Positions 38,787 to 47,551 of a DNA stretch of 64,000 nt are shown here, piece after piece. Each line of letters opens with the position of its first letter. Position 1 is the stretch's first letter. The notes under the pieces are model-generated. The model was not told the DNA's origin. It saw nothing but the letters and a program-made list of their open reading frames with translations, and searched no databases. The stretch is taken from contig CALMII010000059.1 in NCBI GenBank assembly GCA_937864115.1, positions 116,812-180,811 on the forward strand, in the 5' to 3' direction. Source of the DNA: an uncultured Steroidobacter sp. Its GTDB lineage: Bacteria > Pseudomonadota > Gammaproteobacteria > Steroidobacterales > Steroidobacteraceae. The position numbers and the translations under genes are program-made.

Positions 38787-39626
38787 ATGTCGGGGTCGAT
38801 GTCGGGAAAGGGCGGCAAGCTCGATCACGCGTGGCGGGTGTTCGCCACCGGGTTTGTGTTCGTGCTGTTCGGGCTCGGCGCGCTGTTCATCAGCCTGACC
38901 ATGTTTCCGCTGCTGCGCCTGTCGGCGTGGGACACGGCCGTCGCGCGTCGCCGCATCCAGCGCGGCATGCAGGGCACGTTCCGGCTCTACATGGAAATCA
39001 TGCGCGTGCTGGGCATCCTCACGTACACCGTCGAGGGAGCCGAGCGCCTGCGCGAACCGGGACGGCTGGTCGTCGCGAATCATCCGACACTGATCGACGT
39101 CGTCCTGCTGGTATCCCTGATGCCGTCGGTCGATTGCATCGTAAAACGTGGCCTCTGGCGCAATCCCTTCCTGCGCTGGCCGGTATCATGGGCCGGCTAC
39201 ATTCCGAACTCGGACGGGGAAGAACTGATCGAGGGATGTGCGACGACGCTCAAGCGCGGACACTCGCTGCTGGTGTTCCCGGAGGGGACGCGCACCGTGC
39301 CCGGACGGCCGTTGCGCATGCAGCGTGGTGCAGCGCACATTGCGCTCGCCGCCGACGTCGAGATCCTGCCGGTGACCATCACCTGCGATCCGCCGACCCT
39401 GTTCAAAGGGAATCCCTGGTATCGCGTGCCGGCGCGGCGTTTCCACATGCACGTGGTCGCAGGCAGTCCGGTCGCCTCGCGCGACTTCCGACACGGCGAC
39501 GAAGCGCCTGCGCGCTCGGCGCGCCGGCTGACCCAGTGGCTGCTCGCCTATTACGGCGCGCAGGATAGTCAAGACATGCAGCGGCCGAGTGCCGTTGCCA
39601 GTACGGAATTGATGACATGTCAGTGA
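38787..39626 (+). CDS. PlsC-family lysophospholipid acyltransferase (ApeD-like)
   Basis: VANHPTLIDVV (HxxxxD) and FPEGTRT motifs; start 38787 or 38799. Confidence 0.9.
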   Translation: MSGSMSGKGGKLDHAWRVFATGFVFVLFGLGALFISLTMFPLLRLSAWDTAVARRRIQRGMQGTFRLYMEIMRVLGILTYTVEGAERLREPGRLVVANHPTLIDVVLLVSLMPSVDCIVKRGLWRNPFLRWPVSWAGYIPNSDGEELIEGCATTLKRGHSLLVFPEGTRTVPGRPLRMQRGAAHIALAADVEILPVTITCDPPTLFKGNPWYRVPARRFHMHVVAGSPVASRDFRHGDEAPARSARRLTQWLLAYYGAQDSQDMQRPSAVASTELMTCQ

Positions 39627-39886
39627 CCCCCAAATCGCGCGAAGAAATCCTCACGTACCTGCGTGACGTACTGGTCGAACTGTTCGAACTCAGGCCCGGG
39701 CAGATCGTGCCCGAGGCGAATCTCTACACGGACCTGGACATCGACAGCATCGATGCCGTCGACCTGATCCTGAAGCTCAAGGAGCTGACCGGCCGCAAGA
39801 TCCAGCCGCAGACGTTCAAGCACGTGCGGACGGTCGGCGACGTCGTCGATGCGATCGAAGCGTTGATGACCAATCCGGCAGCCTGA
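39617..39886 (+). CDS. Acyl carrier protein (ApeF-like)
   Basis: LYTDLDIDSIDAVDL and FKHVRTVGDVV motifs. Confidence 0.93.
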   Translation: MSVTPKSREEILTYLRDVLVELFELRPGQIVPEANLYTDLDIDSIDAVDLILKLKELTGRKIQPQTFKHVRTVGDVVDAIEALMTNPAA

Positions 39887-39896
39887 TGCGCAAGTC

Positions 39897-40256
39897 GTGC
39901 GAGCGCCCGAGCCCGTCATCCTGCTGCCCGAGATCGACTCGTTCGAACGCCGTCCTGACGGGCTGAACCTGCAGTTCGTCGTTCCCGCAGACCTCGGTTA
40001 TTTCGCCGGACACTTTCCCGGCGTGCCGCTGCTGCCCGGTGTCGTGCAGATCGGCTGGGCGGTGGAGCTGGCGCGCCAGCACGTGCCGTTCGATGCGCAG
40101 TTCCGTGCGCTGGCGGGAGTGAAGTTCATGCGCGTGATTCAGCCGGGCGCGACGGTGGCGCTGCAACTGGCGTTCGATGCGGCGGCGCGCGAACTGTCGT
40201 TCGAATACCGATGCGGTGGTCAGCCGTGTTCGGGCGGTCGTGCGCTGTTCCAGTAG
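39897..40256 (+). CDS. FabZ-like dehydratase subunit (ApeI-like)
   Basis: YFAGHFPGVPLLPGVVQIGWA and VKFMRVIQP motifs. Confidence 0.87.
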   Translation: MRAPEPVILLPEIDSFERRPDGLNLQFVVPADLGYFAGHFPGVPLLPGVVQIGWAVELARQHVPFDAQFRALAGVKFMRVIQPGATVALQLAFDAAARELSFEYRCGGQPCSGGRALFQ

Positions 40257-40259
40257 CGC

Positions 40260-41015
40260 ATGAAGATCTGCATCGTCATTCCCTTCTACAACCACCCCGG
40301 CGCCATCGCGCAGGTCGTGGATGCCTTGAAGCCGCTCGACCTGCCGTGCCGCATCGTCGACGACGGGTCGGATGAAGCATCGCAAGGCGTGCTGGCGCAG
40401 ATCGCGGCGCGCGAAGACTGGGTCTCGGTGCAGCGCCTGCCGGCGAATCGGGGCAAGGGCGGCGCCGTCATGGCGGGTTGCGATGCCGCGCTGGCTGCCG
40501 GTTTCACGCATGCCCTGCAGATCGATGCGGATGGACAGCACGACGCCGCCGACGTGCCGCGATTGCTGGAGCAGGCGCAGCGACATCCGCAAGCGCTGGT
40601 CAGCGGGCACGCGGTGTATGACGAGTCCGTGCCGCGCTCGCGCCTGTACGGCCGCTACCTCACGCACGTGTGGGTGTGGATCAACACGCTGTCGTTCGAG
40701 ATCCGCGATTCCATGTGCGGGCTGCGCGTGTATCCGCTCGCGCCGACCTGTGCGATCTGGCGCCGGCATCGCCTCGGCCGGCGCATGGATTTCGATACCG
40801 AGATCCTGGTGCGTCTGAGCTGGAGCGGCGTTGCGATCCTCAGCATGCCGACGCGCGTCACCTATCCCGCCGACGGCGTGTCGCACTTCAAACTGCTCAA
40901 GGACAACGTCTACATCAGCCTCATGCACGCGCGCCTGTTCGCCGGCATGTTGCTGCGGTTGCCGCTGCTGCTCGGCCGTCGCGTCAGGCAGCGTATGCAG
41001 AAGGTCGCCGCATGA
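40260..41015 (+). CDS. Glycosyltransferase family 2 (GT half of ApeJ-like proteins)
   Basis: VIPFYNH, VDDGS, NRGKGGAV, QIDADGQH, DSMCGLRVYP, MDFDTEILVR motifs. Confidence 0.92.
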   Translation: MKICIVIPFYNHPGAIAQVVDALKPLDLPCRIVDDGSDEASQGVLAQIAAREDWVSVQRLPANRGKGGAVMAGCDAALAAGFTHALQIDADGQHDAADVPRLLEQAQRHPQALVSGHAVYDESVPRSRLYGRYLTHVWVWINTLSFEIRDSMCGLRVYPLAPTCAIWRRHRLGRRMDFDTEILVRLSWSGVAILSMPTRVTYPADGVSHFKLLKDNVYISLMHARLFAGMLLRLPLLLGRRVRQRMQKVAA

Positions 41016-41425
41016 GGCAGTTCGAAGCGGAAGTCGACATCACCGTGCCGTTCCACGACATCGATTCGATCGGCGTCGCCTGGCACGGGCACTACGCCAA
41101 GTATTTCGAGATCGCGCGCTGCGCGTTGCTCGACAGCTTCAATTACGGTTACGACGCCATGCGCGAATCCGGCTTCATGTGGCCGGTGATCGACATGCGT
41201 ATCCGCTACATCAAGCCGGTCCGTTTCGGTCAGCGTGTCATCGTCAAAGCGACACTGCGCGAATGGGAGAACCGCCTGCTGATCGACTACCTGGTCAGCG
41301 ACCAGGCGAGCGGGCAGCGACTCACCCGCGGCACGACGTCGCAGGTGGCGGTCGACATGAAGAACGGCGAAATGTGTTTCGTATCGCCGGCTATCCTGTT
41401 CGAACGTCTCGGGATCGAGCGATGA
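41012..41425 (+). CDS. Acyl-CoA/ACP thioesterase (ApeK/YbgC-like)
   Basis: VPFHDIDSIGVAWHGHYAKYFEIAR and LREWENRLLIDY motifs. Start ATG 41012. Confidence 0.9.
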   Translation: MRQFEAEVDITVPFHDIDSIGVAWHGHYAKYFEIARCALLDSFNYGYDAMRESGFMWPVIDMRIRYIKPVRFGQRVIVKATLREWENRLLIDYLVSDQASGQRLTRGTTSQVAVDMKNGEMCFVSPAILFERLGIER

Positions 41426-41436
41426 GGAGGATTCTC

Positions 41437-42099
41437 ATGAGGCTGCGACTCGCGCCGCTGCTCCTGTTGCTGTGCGGCGTCTGCACGCACGCGGCGGTCG
41501 ATCCGTTCGCGCACCCGGCAACGGGCGAGGCACTGCTGCGTTCGACGCTGGCGCGTCCCGCGGTGCAGCTCGCCAAAGCGCAGGTGCTGAAGGGGCGCTT
41601 CACGCACAGCAAGCACCTGAGCGAGATTCCGCAGCCGCTGGTGGCCAGCGGCGAGTTCATTTTCGCGCGCGATCTGGGCGTGTACTGGCACACGCAGCAG
41701 CCGTTCGATTCGGTCGTCGTGCTGACCAACAGCGGTATCGTGCAGCGCGATGAAGGCGCGCAGACGCTGCAGTTGTCCGCCGACGAACAGCCGGCCGTGC
41801 GCGTGATCGCCAACATCTTCCTCGCCCTGTTCACGCTCGACGTGACCAGCCTCAGCCGCAACTTCGATCTTTATGGTCTCAGCCAGGGAGAGCGCTGGAT
41901 CATCGGCCTCAAGCCGCGTTCCAGCGCCATCGCCAGCGTCTTCCGGCAGGCGACCGTCACCGGGTCGGGCGATGTCGAACAGGTGGTGCTGACCGATGCG
42001 CACGGCGACCGCACCGTCATCGATCTGTCGGCCATCGAATACTCCGAGGCAGCAGCAGGCGCCGACGTGCGCGCGCTGTTCGCGCCGGCGAAGCCATGA
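41437..42099 (+). CDS. LolA-like outer-membrane lipoprotein carrier (ApeL-like)
   Basis: Signal peptide; GRFTHSKHLSEIPQPLVASGEF...GVYWHTQQPF; AGGAGGA RBS before ATG 41437. Confidence 0.85.
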   Translation: MRLRLAPLLLLLCGVCTHAAVDPFAHPATGEALLRSTLARPAVQLAKAQVLKGRFTHSKHLSEIPQPLVASGEFIFARDLGVYWHTQQPFDSVVVLTNSGIVQRDEGAQTLQLSADEQPAVRVIANIFLALFTLDVTSLSRNFDLYGLSQGERWIIGLKPRSSAIASVFRQATVTGSGDVEQVVLTDAHGDRTVIDLSAIEYSEAAAGADVRALFAPAKP

Positions 42100-44480
42100 G
42101 CATTGCGTTGCCTGCGTCGATCCGCACGCGCTTCATCGCGTGGAGCGCGCTCATGCTCGCGTTGCTCGGCGTGTTCGCCTGGCGTGTGCTGCCGCATCTC
42201 AAGGTCGAAACCGACATCCTGGCGCTGCTGCCGCAGACGCAGCAGGACCGCGACCTGGACGCGGCGCTGCAGGCGTTCTCCGCCGAACTCGCACGCAAGC
42301 AGATTTTCCTGATCGGCAGCGACAGGCTGGCCGATGCGAAAGTGGCCGCCGCCGGTTTCGCGCGCGAACTGCAGGCATCGGGCGCCTTCGAGAGCGTGCA
42401 GCTCGAACTCGATGCGGACCTGCAGCAGCGCGCCGCCGTCTATCTGGCGCATCGCGCCTTCCTGCTGTCGCCGCAGGATCGACAGGTGCTGACCGACGGC
42501 AATACCGATTCGTTGCTGAAGCGTGCATTGCGTGCGGCCTACACGCCCACCGGCCTCATGCAGCCGCTGAGCCTCGCGCAGGATCCGCTGGGATTCACCA
42601 ACAATTTCCTGCGCGCGCAGACGCCGGTATCGGGCAAGGCGCGGCTCGAAGGTTCGACGCTGGTCGTCGAGCACGAAGGCCGCAGCTATGTGCTGGTGCT
42701 GACGGAGAACGAAGGCAGTCCCTTCGCCTCGTCGGTGCAGGAGCAGGTCATGCCGGCCATCGCGCAGGCGAAACTGACCGCCAGCCGCGCCGTGCAGGCG
42801 CCGGTCGAGATCGTCAGTTCCGGCGCCATCCAGCACGCCGCCGCCGCCGCCAAGCGCGCGGAACACGAGATATCGACCTTCGGCACGATCGAATCGATCG
42901 CCGTGGTGCTGTTGCTGCTGCTGGTGTTCGGCGCGATGCGGCCGCTGCTGCTCGGCGTGCTGACGTTGTCGCTGGCCGTCGTCGCGGCGTTCACGGTCGT
43001 GCATTTCGTGTTCGGCGAAGTGCACCTGCTGGCGCTGGTGTTCGGGTCGAGCCTGATCGGCAGCGTCATCGACTATTCGATTCATTTCTTCGCCGACCGC
43101 TTCCGCGATCCGGCGCGCTGGACGCCGGTCGAGGCCGCGCAGCATGTCGGGCCGGCGATCCTGCTGGGATTGACGACGACATTGATCGGCTACGTCGTGC
43201 TGGCCATCGTGCCGTTTCCGGGCCTCAAGCAGATCGCCGTGTTCTGCATGGTCGGGCTCGTCGTCGGCTGCGGTAGCGTGCTGTGTCTGTATCCGGTGCT
43301 GGCGCAGACGAAGCGCAAACGCCTGCCGCGACTCGGTACGCGTCTGGGCGGCGCGCTCGATCGCTTCCTGCAGCGCTGGCGCTGGACCACGCCGAAGTTC
43401 GCGGTGCTGGCCGTGCTCGCCATCGGCGTGGCTTTCGGCATCGCGCGACTGCAGGTGCAGGACGACGTGAAGGCGCTGCAGCAGTCGCCGGCTGAACTGG
43501 TGCGTGATGAGCAGCGCGTGCGCGAGCTGCTGGGCAGCGGCATCGAGACACGCTTCTTCCTGGTGTCGGGCGACTCGGCGCAGGCGGTGCTGGAAGCCGA
43601 GGAACGACTGTCGCAGGTACTGGATCGGTTCGTCGCCGATCGCACCATCGCGTCCTATCAGTCGGTGAGCAACAGCCTGTCGTCGCAGGCGCGACAGCAG
43701 CGCAATCGCGAACTGCTGGCGCAGCAGGTCTATGCGCCCGGTGCACTGTTCGATCAGGTGATGAATGCCTTCGGTTTCTCCGCCGCAGCGATGGAGCGGC
43801 GCCGCACCGAGTTCGACGCGGCGACGACACCGCTGGGTGTCGAGGAATGGCTGAACAGTTCTGCCTCGCAGGGCCTGCGGCATCTGTGGCTGGGGCAGGT
43901 GGGTGCGCGCTACGCCAGCATCGTCACATTGGGCGGCATCAATGACGTGCCGGCGCTTGCAGCGCTCGAACTGCCGGGTGTGCGCCTGATCGACCGCGTC
44001 GCCGAAACCAGCGGCATTCTCAGCCGCTATCGCCACACCATGACGCTGCTGCTGGCCGTGATCTATGCAGTCGCGGGCGCGGTGCTGCTGATCCGCTTCG
44101 GCTGGCGCGATGCGCCGCGCATGCTGCTGCCCTCGGTCGCCGCGACGCTGACGACGCTCGGCCTGTTCGGCTGGCTGGGCGTGCCCTTCAATCTGTTCAC
44201 GCTGCTGGCGCTGTGGCTGGTGCTCGGGCTCGGCATCGACTACGGAATTTTCCTGCGCCACGGCCGCGACCATCGCCCGACGGCGATTCTCAGCGTCACG
44301 CTTTCCGCGTGCACGACGCTGATCGCCTTCGGTCTGCTGGGTCTGAGCGCGACGCCGTTCATCCGCACCATCGGTCTCACGTTGTTGTGTGCGATCACGC
44401 TGTCGTGGTCGTTCGTGTTGCTCAGTTGTCTTACCCGGTTCACATCGCGCGCGGCGCGAGAAGAGAAAGCGATTCCATGA
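42096..44480 (+). CDS. MMPL/RND-family lipid exporter (ApeM-like)
   Basis: ETDILALLP, two TM bundles with GSVIDYSIH and GLGIDYGIF. Confidence 0.9.
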   Translation: MSIALPASIRTRFIAWSALMLALLGVFAWRVLPHLKVETDILALLPQTQQDRDLDAALQAFSAELARKQIFLIGSDRLADAKVAAAGFARELQASGAFESVQLELDADLQQRAAVYLAHRAFLLSPQDRQVLTDGNTDSLLKRALRAAYTPTGLMQPLSLAQDPLGFTNNFLRAQTPVSGKARLEGSTLVVEHEGRSYVLVLTENEGSPFASSVQEQVMPAIAQAKLTASRAVQAPVEIVSSGAIQHAAAAAKRAEHEISTFGTIESIAVVLLLLLVFGAMRPLLLGVLTLSLAVVAAFTVVHFVFGEVHLLALVFGSSLIGSVIDYSIHFFADRFRDPARWTPVEAAQHVGPAILLGLTTTLIGYVVLAIVPFPGLKQIAVFCMVGLVVGCGSVLCLYPVLAQTKRKRLPRLGTRLGGALDRFLQRWRWTTPKFAVLAVLAIGVAFGIARLQVQDDVKALQQSPAELVRDEQRVRELLGSGIETRFFLVSGDSAQAVLEAEERLSQVLDRFVADRTIASYQSVSNSLSSQARQQRNRELLAQQVYAPGALFDQVMNAFGFSAAAMERRRTEFDAATTPLGVEEWLNSSASQGLRHLWLGQVGARYASIVTLGGINDVPALAALELPGVRLIDRVAETSGILSRYRHTMTLLLAVIYAVAGAVLLIRFGWRDAPRMLLPSVAATLTTLGLFGWLGVPFNLFTLLALWLVLGLGIDYGIFLRHGRDHRPTAILSVTLSACTTLIAFGLLGLSATPFIRTIGLTLLCAITLSWSFVLLSCLTRFTSRAAREEKAIP

Positions 44481-45700
44481 CTGACGTATTGATCATCGGT
44501 GCGGGTCCGGCGGGCTCGATGGCGGCGGCGCTGCTGGCGCAGAAGGGTTATGAAGTGCTGGTGCTGGAGAAGCAGCGCTTTCCGCGCTTCTCCATCGGCG
44601 AGAGCCTGCTGGGCAACACCACGCAACTGCTGGATGAAGCCGGCATGCTGGATGCGGTGATCGAAGCCGGCTTCCAGTTCAAGAACGGCGCGGCCTTCGC
44701 GCACGGCCAGCGCTACTCCGAGTTCAACTTCGCCGACAAGGCGTCGACCGGTCATGCGTTCGCCTTCCAGGTGCAGCGTGCGCGCTTCGATCAGGTGCTG
44801 GCCGGCGAAGCCGTGCGTTTCGGCGCGCAGGTCCGCTACGAAACCGCGATCACCGCCATCGATGTGTCGGGCGAGCGGCCGGTGGTCACGAGTGCGGCCG
44901 GCGATGAGGTCGTCACGCATCGGCCACGCTTCGTGCTGGATGCCAGCGGCTTCGGCCGCACCTTGCCGCGTTTGCTCGATCTGGATCGACCCTCGGACCT
45001 GGTGCAGCGCGCCGCGCTGTTCGTGCACGTGAAGGACAACATTCCTGCCGGCGCCTTCGACCGCCAGAAAATCCGCGTCGGTGTGCATCCGACCGACAAG
45101 GATGTCTGGTCGTGGCTGATTCCGTTCTCCGACGGCACGGCGTCGATGGGCATCGTCGCCACGCCGGAGCATCACGCGCAGTTCAAGGGCACGCTCGATG
45201 AGCGCATGTGGCAGCTCGTCGCCGACGAGCCGATGCTGGCGGCGCTGCTCAAGGACGCGGTGGTGACGCGTCCGGCGGCCGAACTCTCCGGCTATTCCGC
45301 CAAGGTCAGCCGCATGCACGGCCCGGGCTTCGCGCTGCTGGGCAACGCGGCGGAATTTCTCGATCCGGTGTTTTCCTCGGGCGTCACACTGGCGATGCAG
45401 TCGGCCAAGCTCGCCAGCGGCCTGCTCGACCGCCAGTTGCGCGGCGAAACGACCGACTGGCAGACACAGTTCGCCGAGCCGCTGTCGTATGGCGTGGAAA
45501 CCTTCCGCACCTTCGTCACCGGCTGGTACGGCGGCGCGCTGCAGGACGTGATTTTCGCCGAGCACAAGGATCCGGGCATCCGCCGCATGATCTGTTCGGT
45601 GCTGGCGGGCTATGCCTGGGATCCGCAGAACCCGTACACCGGACCGCAATCCAGTCGCCGGCTGCGTGCGCTGGCGGAGACGATTCGGGCAGGACGATGA
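44477..45700 (+). CDS. FAD-dependent oxidoreductase with flavin-halogenase motifs
   Basis: IIGAGPAG, PRFSIGES, FQFKNG, WSWLIP (WxWxIP), FLDPVFSSGV. Start ATG 44477. Confidence 0.87.
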   Translation: MTDVLIIGAGPAGSMAAALLAQKGYEVLVLEKQRFPRFSIGESLLGNTTQLLDEAGMLDAVIEAGFQFKNGAAFAHGQRYSEFNFADKASTGHAFAFQVQRARFDQVLAGEAVRFGAQVRYETAITAIDVSGERPVVTSAAGDEVVTHRPRFVLDASGFGRTLPRLLDLDRPSDLVQRAALFVHVKDNIPAGAFDRQKIRVGVHPTDKDVWSWLIPFSDGTASMGIVATPEHHAQFKGTLDERMWQLVADEPMLAALLKDAVVTRPAAELSGYSAKVSRMHGPGFALLGNAAEFLDPVFSSGVTLAMQSAKLASGLLDRQLRGETTDWQTQFAEPLSYGVETFRTFVTGWYGGALQDVIFAEHKDPGIRRMICSVLAGYAWDPQNPYTGPQSSRRLRALAETIRAGR

Positions 45701-46242
45701 AGGCAGTCGTCGTCATCCTCGCGGCATTGCTGCTCACGGCCTGCGCCAGCACGCCGACCGCGCCTGCGCCGTCGCGACCGCTGGTGTCGCCGGCAACGCT
45801 CGGCAGCGAACGCGCAGTGAATCAGATCGTGCGCGGAGCGATCGGCGCGCGCGAGATGACGATCAACTGCGTCGTCACCGTGAAGGACGGCACGATGACG
45901 GTCGTCGGCTTGAGCGCGATGGGCGTGCGACTGTTCACCCTGCGTTACGACGGCACGACGGTGCAGGCCGAGAAGGGCCTGCCGACACCGGAGCAACTGA
46001 CGCCGGAACGTCTGCTCGCCGATCTGCAGCTCGTGTTCTGGCCGCTCGCGAGCCTGCAGAAACCGCTGCAGGACGCCGGCTGGCAAGTCAGCGAACCCGC
46101 CACAGGCACACGTCGCCTGCGTCGCGGCGATCTTCTGGTTGCGGAAGCGCACTACGCCGATCAGGATCCCTGGGCGGGACGCAGCTGGCTCGTGAACTTC
46201 GAGTACGGCTACTCGCTGCAGATCGACAGCAAGGCGCTGTAA
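45697..46242 (+). CDS. DUF3261 lipoprotein (ApeN-like)
   Basis: Lipobox LTAC; LLADLQLVFWP motif. Start ATG 45697. Confidence 0.85.
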   Translation: MKAVVVILAALLLTACASTPTAPAPSRPLVSPATLGSERAVNQIVRGAIGAREMTINCVVTVKDGTMTVVGLSAMGVRLFTLRYDGTTVQAEKGLPTPEQLTPERLLADLQLVFWPLASLQKPLQDAGWQVSEPATGTRRLRRGDLLVAEAHYADQDPWAGRSWLVNFEYGYSLQIDSKAL

Positions 46243-46245
46243 CCG

Positions 46246-46710
46246 ATGTCTTCCGCACCCGCGCTCACCATTGCCAGCATCCTGCCGCACGCAGGCCGGA
46301 TGCTGCTGCTCGACGAACTGCTGGATCACGGTCCCGAACACGTGACCTGTGCCGTGACCATCAGCAACGACACGATGTTCTGCGATGCCATCAACGGCGT
46401 ACCCGCCTGGGTCGGCCTCGAATACATGGCGCAGACGGTGTGCGCCTATTCAGGCATCGACGAAGTACGCGCCGGACTCAAGCCGAGCATCGGCCTGCTG
46501 CTGGGTTCGCGCCGCTACCAATCACAGTTGGAATGGTTCGCGCTCGGCATCACGCTGCACATCCGCGCCGACCTGCTGCTACGCGACGAGAACGACCTCG
46601 TCGCTTTTCAGTGCAGCATCCACGACGGCGATCGTCTGCTCGCCCGCGGCGACGTGAAGGCATATCGTCCCAAGGATGTGCTGGCCGTCGTGCGTGGCGA
46701 GCGGATATGA
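46246..46710 (+). CDS. Hotdog-fold dehydratase subunit (ApeP-like)
   Basis: LPHAGRMLLLD, PAWVGLEYMAQT, GLLLGSRRY motifs. Confidence 0.87.
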   Translation: MSSAPALTIASILPHAGRMLLLDELLDHGPEHVTCAVTISNDTMFCDAINGVPAWVGLEYMAQTVCAYSGIDEVRAGLKPSIGLLLGSRRYQSQLEWFALGITLHIRADLLLRDENDLVAFQCSIHDGDRLLARGDVKAYRPKDVLAVVRGERI

Positions 46711-46720
46711 AGCGCTCTTC

Positions 46721-46777
46721 CTGTAGGTCAGGCTTTAGCCTGACTCCTGAAGAAGCCGGCTAAAGCCGGCTCCACAG
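46721..46777 (+). repeat. REP doublet, copy 2
   Basis: ctgtaggtcaggctttagcctgac...gccggctaaagccggctccacag. Confidence 0.88.
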
Positions 46778-46790
46778 TCAGAAGAAATCC

Positions 46791-47531
46791 ATGACTACAG
46801 ACACGACACGCAGCATTCTCGTCACCGGCTCCAGCCGCGGCATTGGTCGCGCCATCGCCGAGCGCCTGGCCGCGAGCGGTTTCCAGGTCGTTGTGCATTG
46901 CCGCGGCAACATCGCAGCAGCCGGGGAAGTGTGCGCTGCGATCACGGCCAGCGGTGGACTGCGGCCGCGCGTGCTGCAGTTCGACATCGCCGATCGTGCC
47001 GCATGCGCTGCAGCGATCACCGCCGACATGGACGCTCACGGCGCCTACTACGGCATCGTCTGCAACGCCGGCCTCGCGCGCGATGGCGCTTTTCCCGCGC
47101 TCAGCGACGAAGACTGGGACGCCGTGCTGAGAACCAATCTGGACGGTTTCTACAATGTGCTGCACCCCGCGATCATGCCCATGATCCGGCGGCGGGCGCC
47201 GGGGCGGATCGTGACGCTGTCGTCCGTGTCGGGCGTGATGGGCAACCGCGGACAGGTGAATTACAGCGCTTCCAAGGCGGGTATCATCGGCGCCACCAAG
47301 GCACTGGCGGTCGAACTGGCGAGCCGCAGGATCACGGTCAACTGCGTCGCCCCCGGACTCATCCGGACCGACATGATGAACGACGCACCCGTGGAGGAAG
47401 TGCTCAAGGCAGTGCCGCTGGGACGGGTCGGAGAACCTGGTGAAGTCGCGGCAGTGGTCAATTTTCTGATGTCGGACGAGGCGGCGTACGTCACGCGCCA
47501 GGTCATCGGCGTCAACGGCGGAATGGCTTGA
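46791..47531 (+). CDS. fabG: 3-oxoacyl-ACP reductase (ApeQ-like)
   Basis: TGSSRGIG, NAG, NYSASK (YxxxK), VAPGLIRTDM motifs. Confidence 0.92.
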   Translation: MTTDTTRSILVTGSSRGIGRAIAERLAASGFQVVVHCRGNIAAAGEVCAAITASGGLRPRVLQFDIADRAACAAAITADMDAHGAYYGIVCNAGLARDGAFPALSDEDWDAVLRTNLDGFYNVLHPAIMPMIRRRAPGRIVTLSSVSGVMGNRGQVNYSASKAGIIGATKALAVELASRRITVNCVAPGLIRTDMMNDAPVEEVLKAVPLGRVGEPGEVAAVVNFLMSDEAAYVTRQVIGVNGGMA

Positions 47532-47551
47532 ACAATTCCCTGAACAATTCG

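Noticed and set aside
2643-44273. Long antisense or alternate-frame ORFs (e.g. 2643-4571, 7512-9962, 28953-31376, 41871-44273; also 62197-63981)
   Set aside because: Shadow ORFs opposite well-supported genes in high-GC DNA; no recognisable motifs.
47529-47550. TGAACAATTC direct repeat before the ApeR-like KS
   Set aside because: Two 10-bp copies only; probably a local duplication affecting start-site choice.
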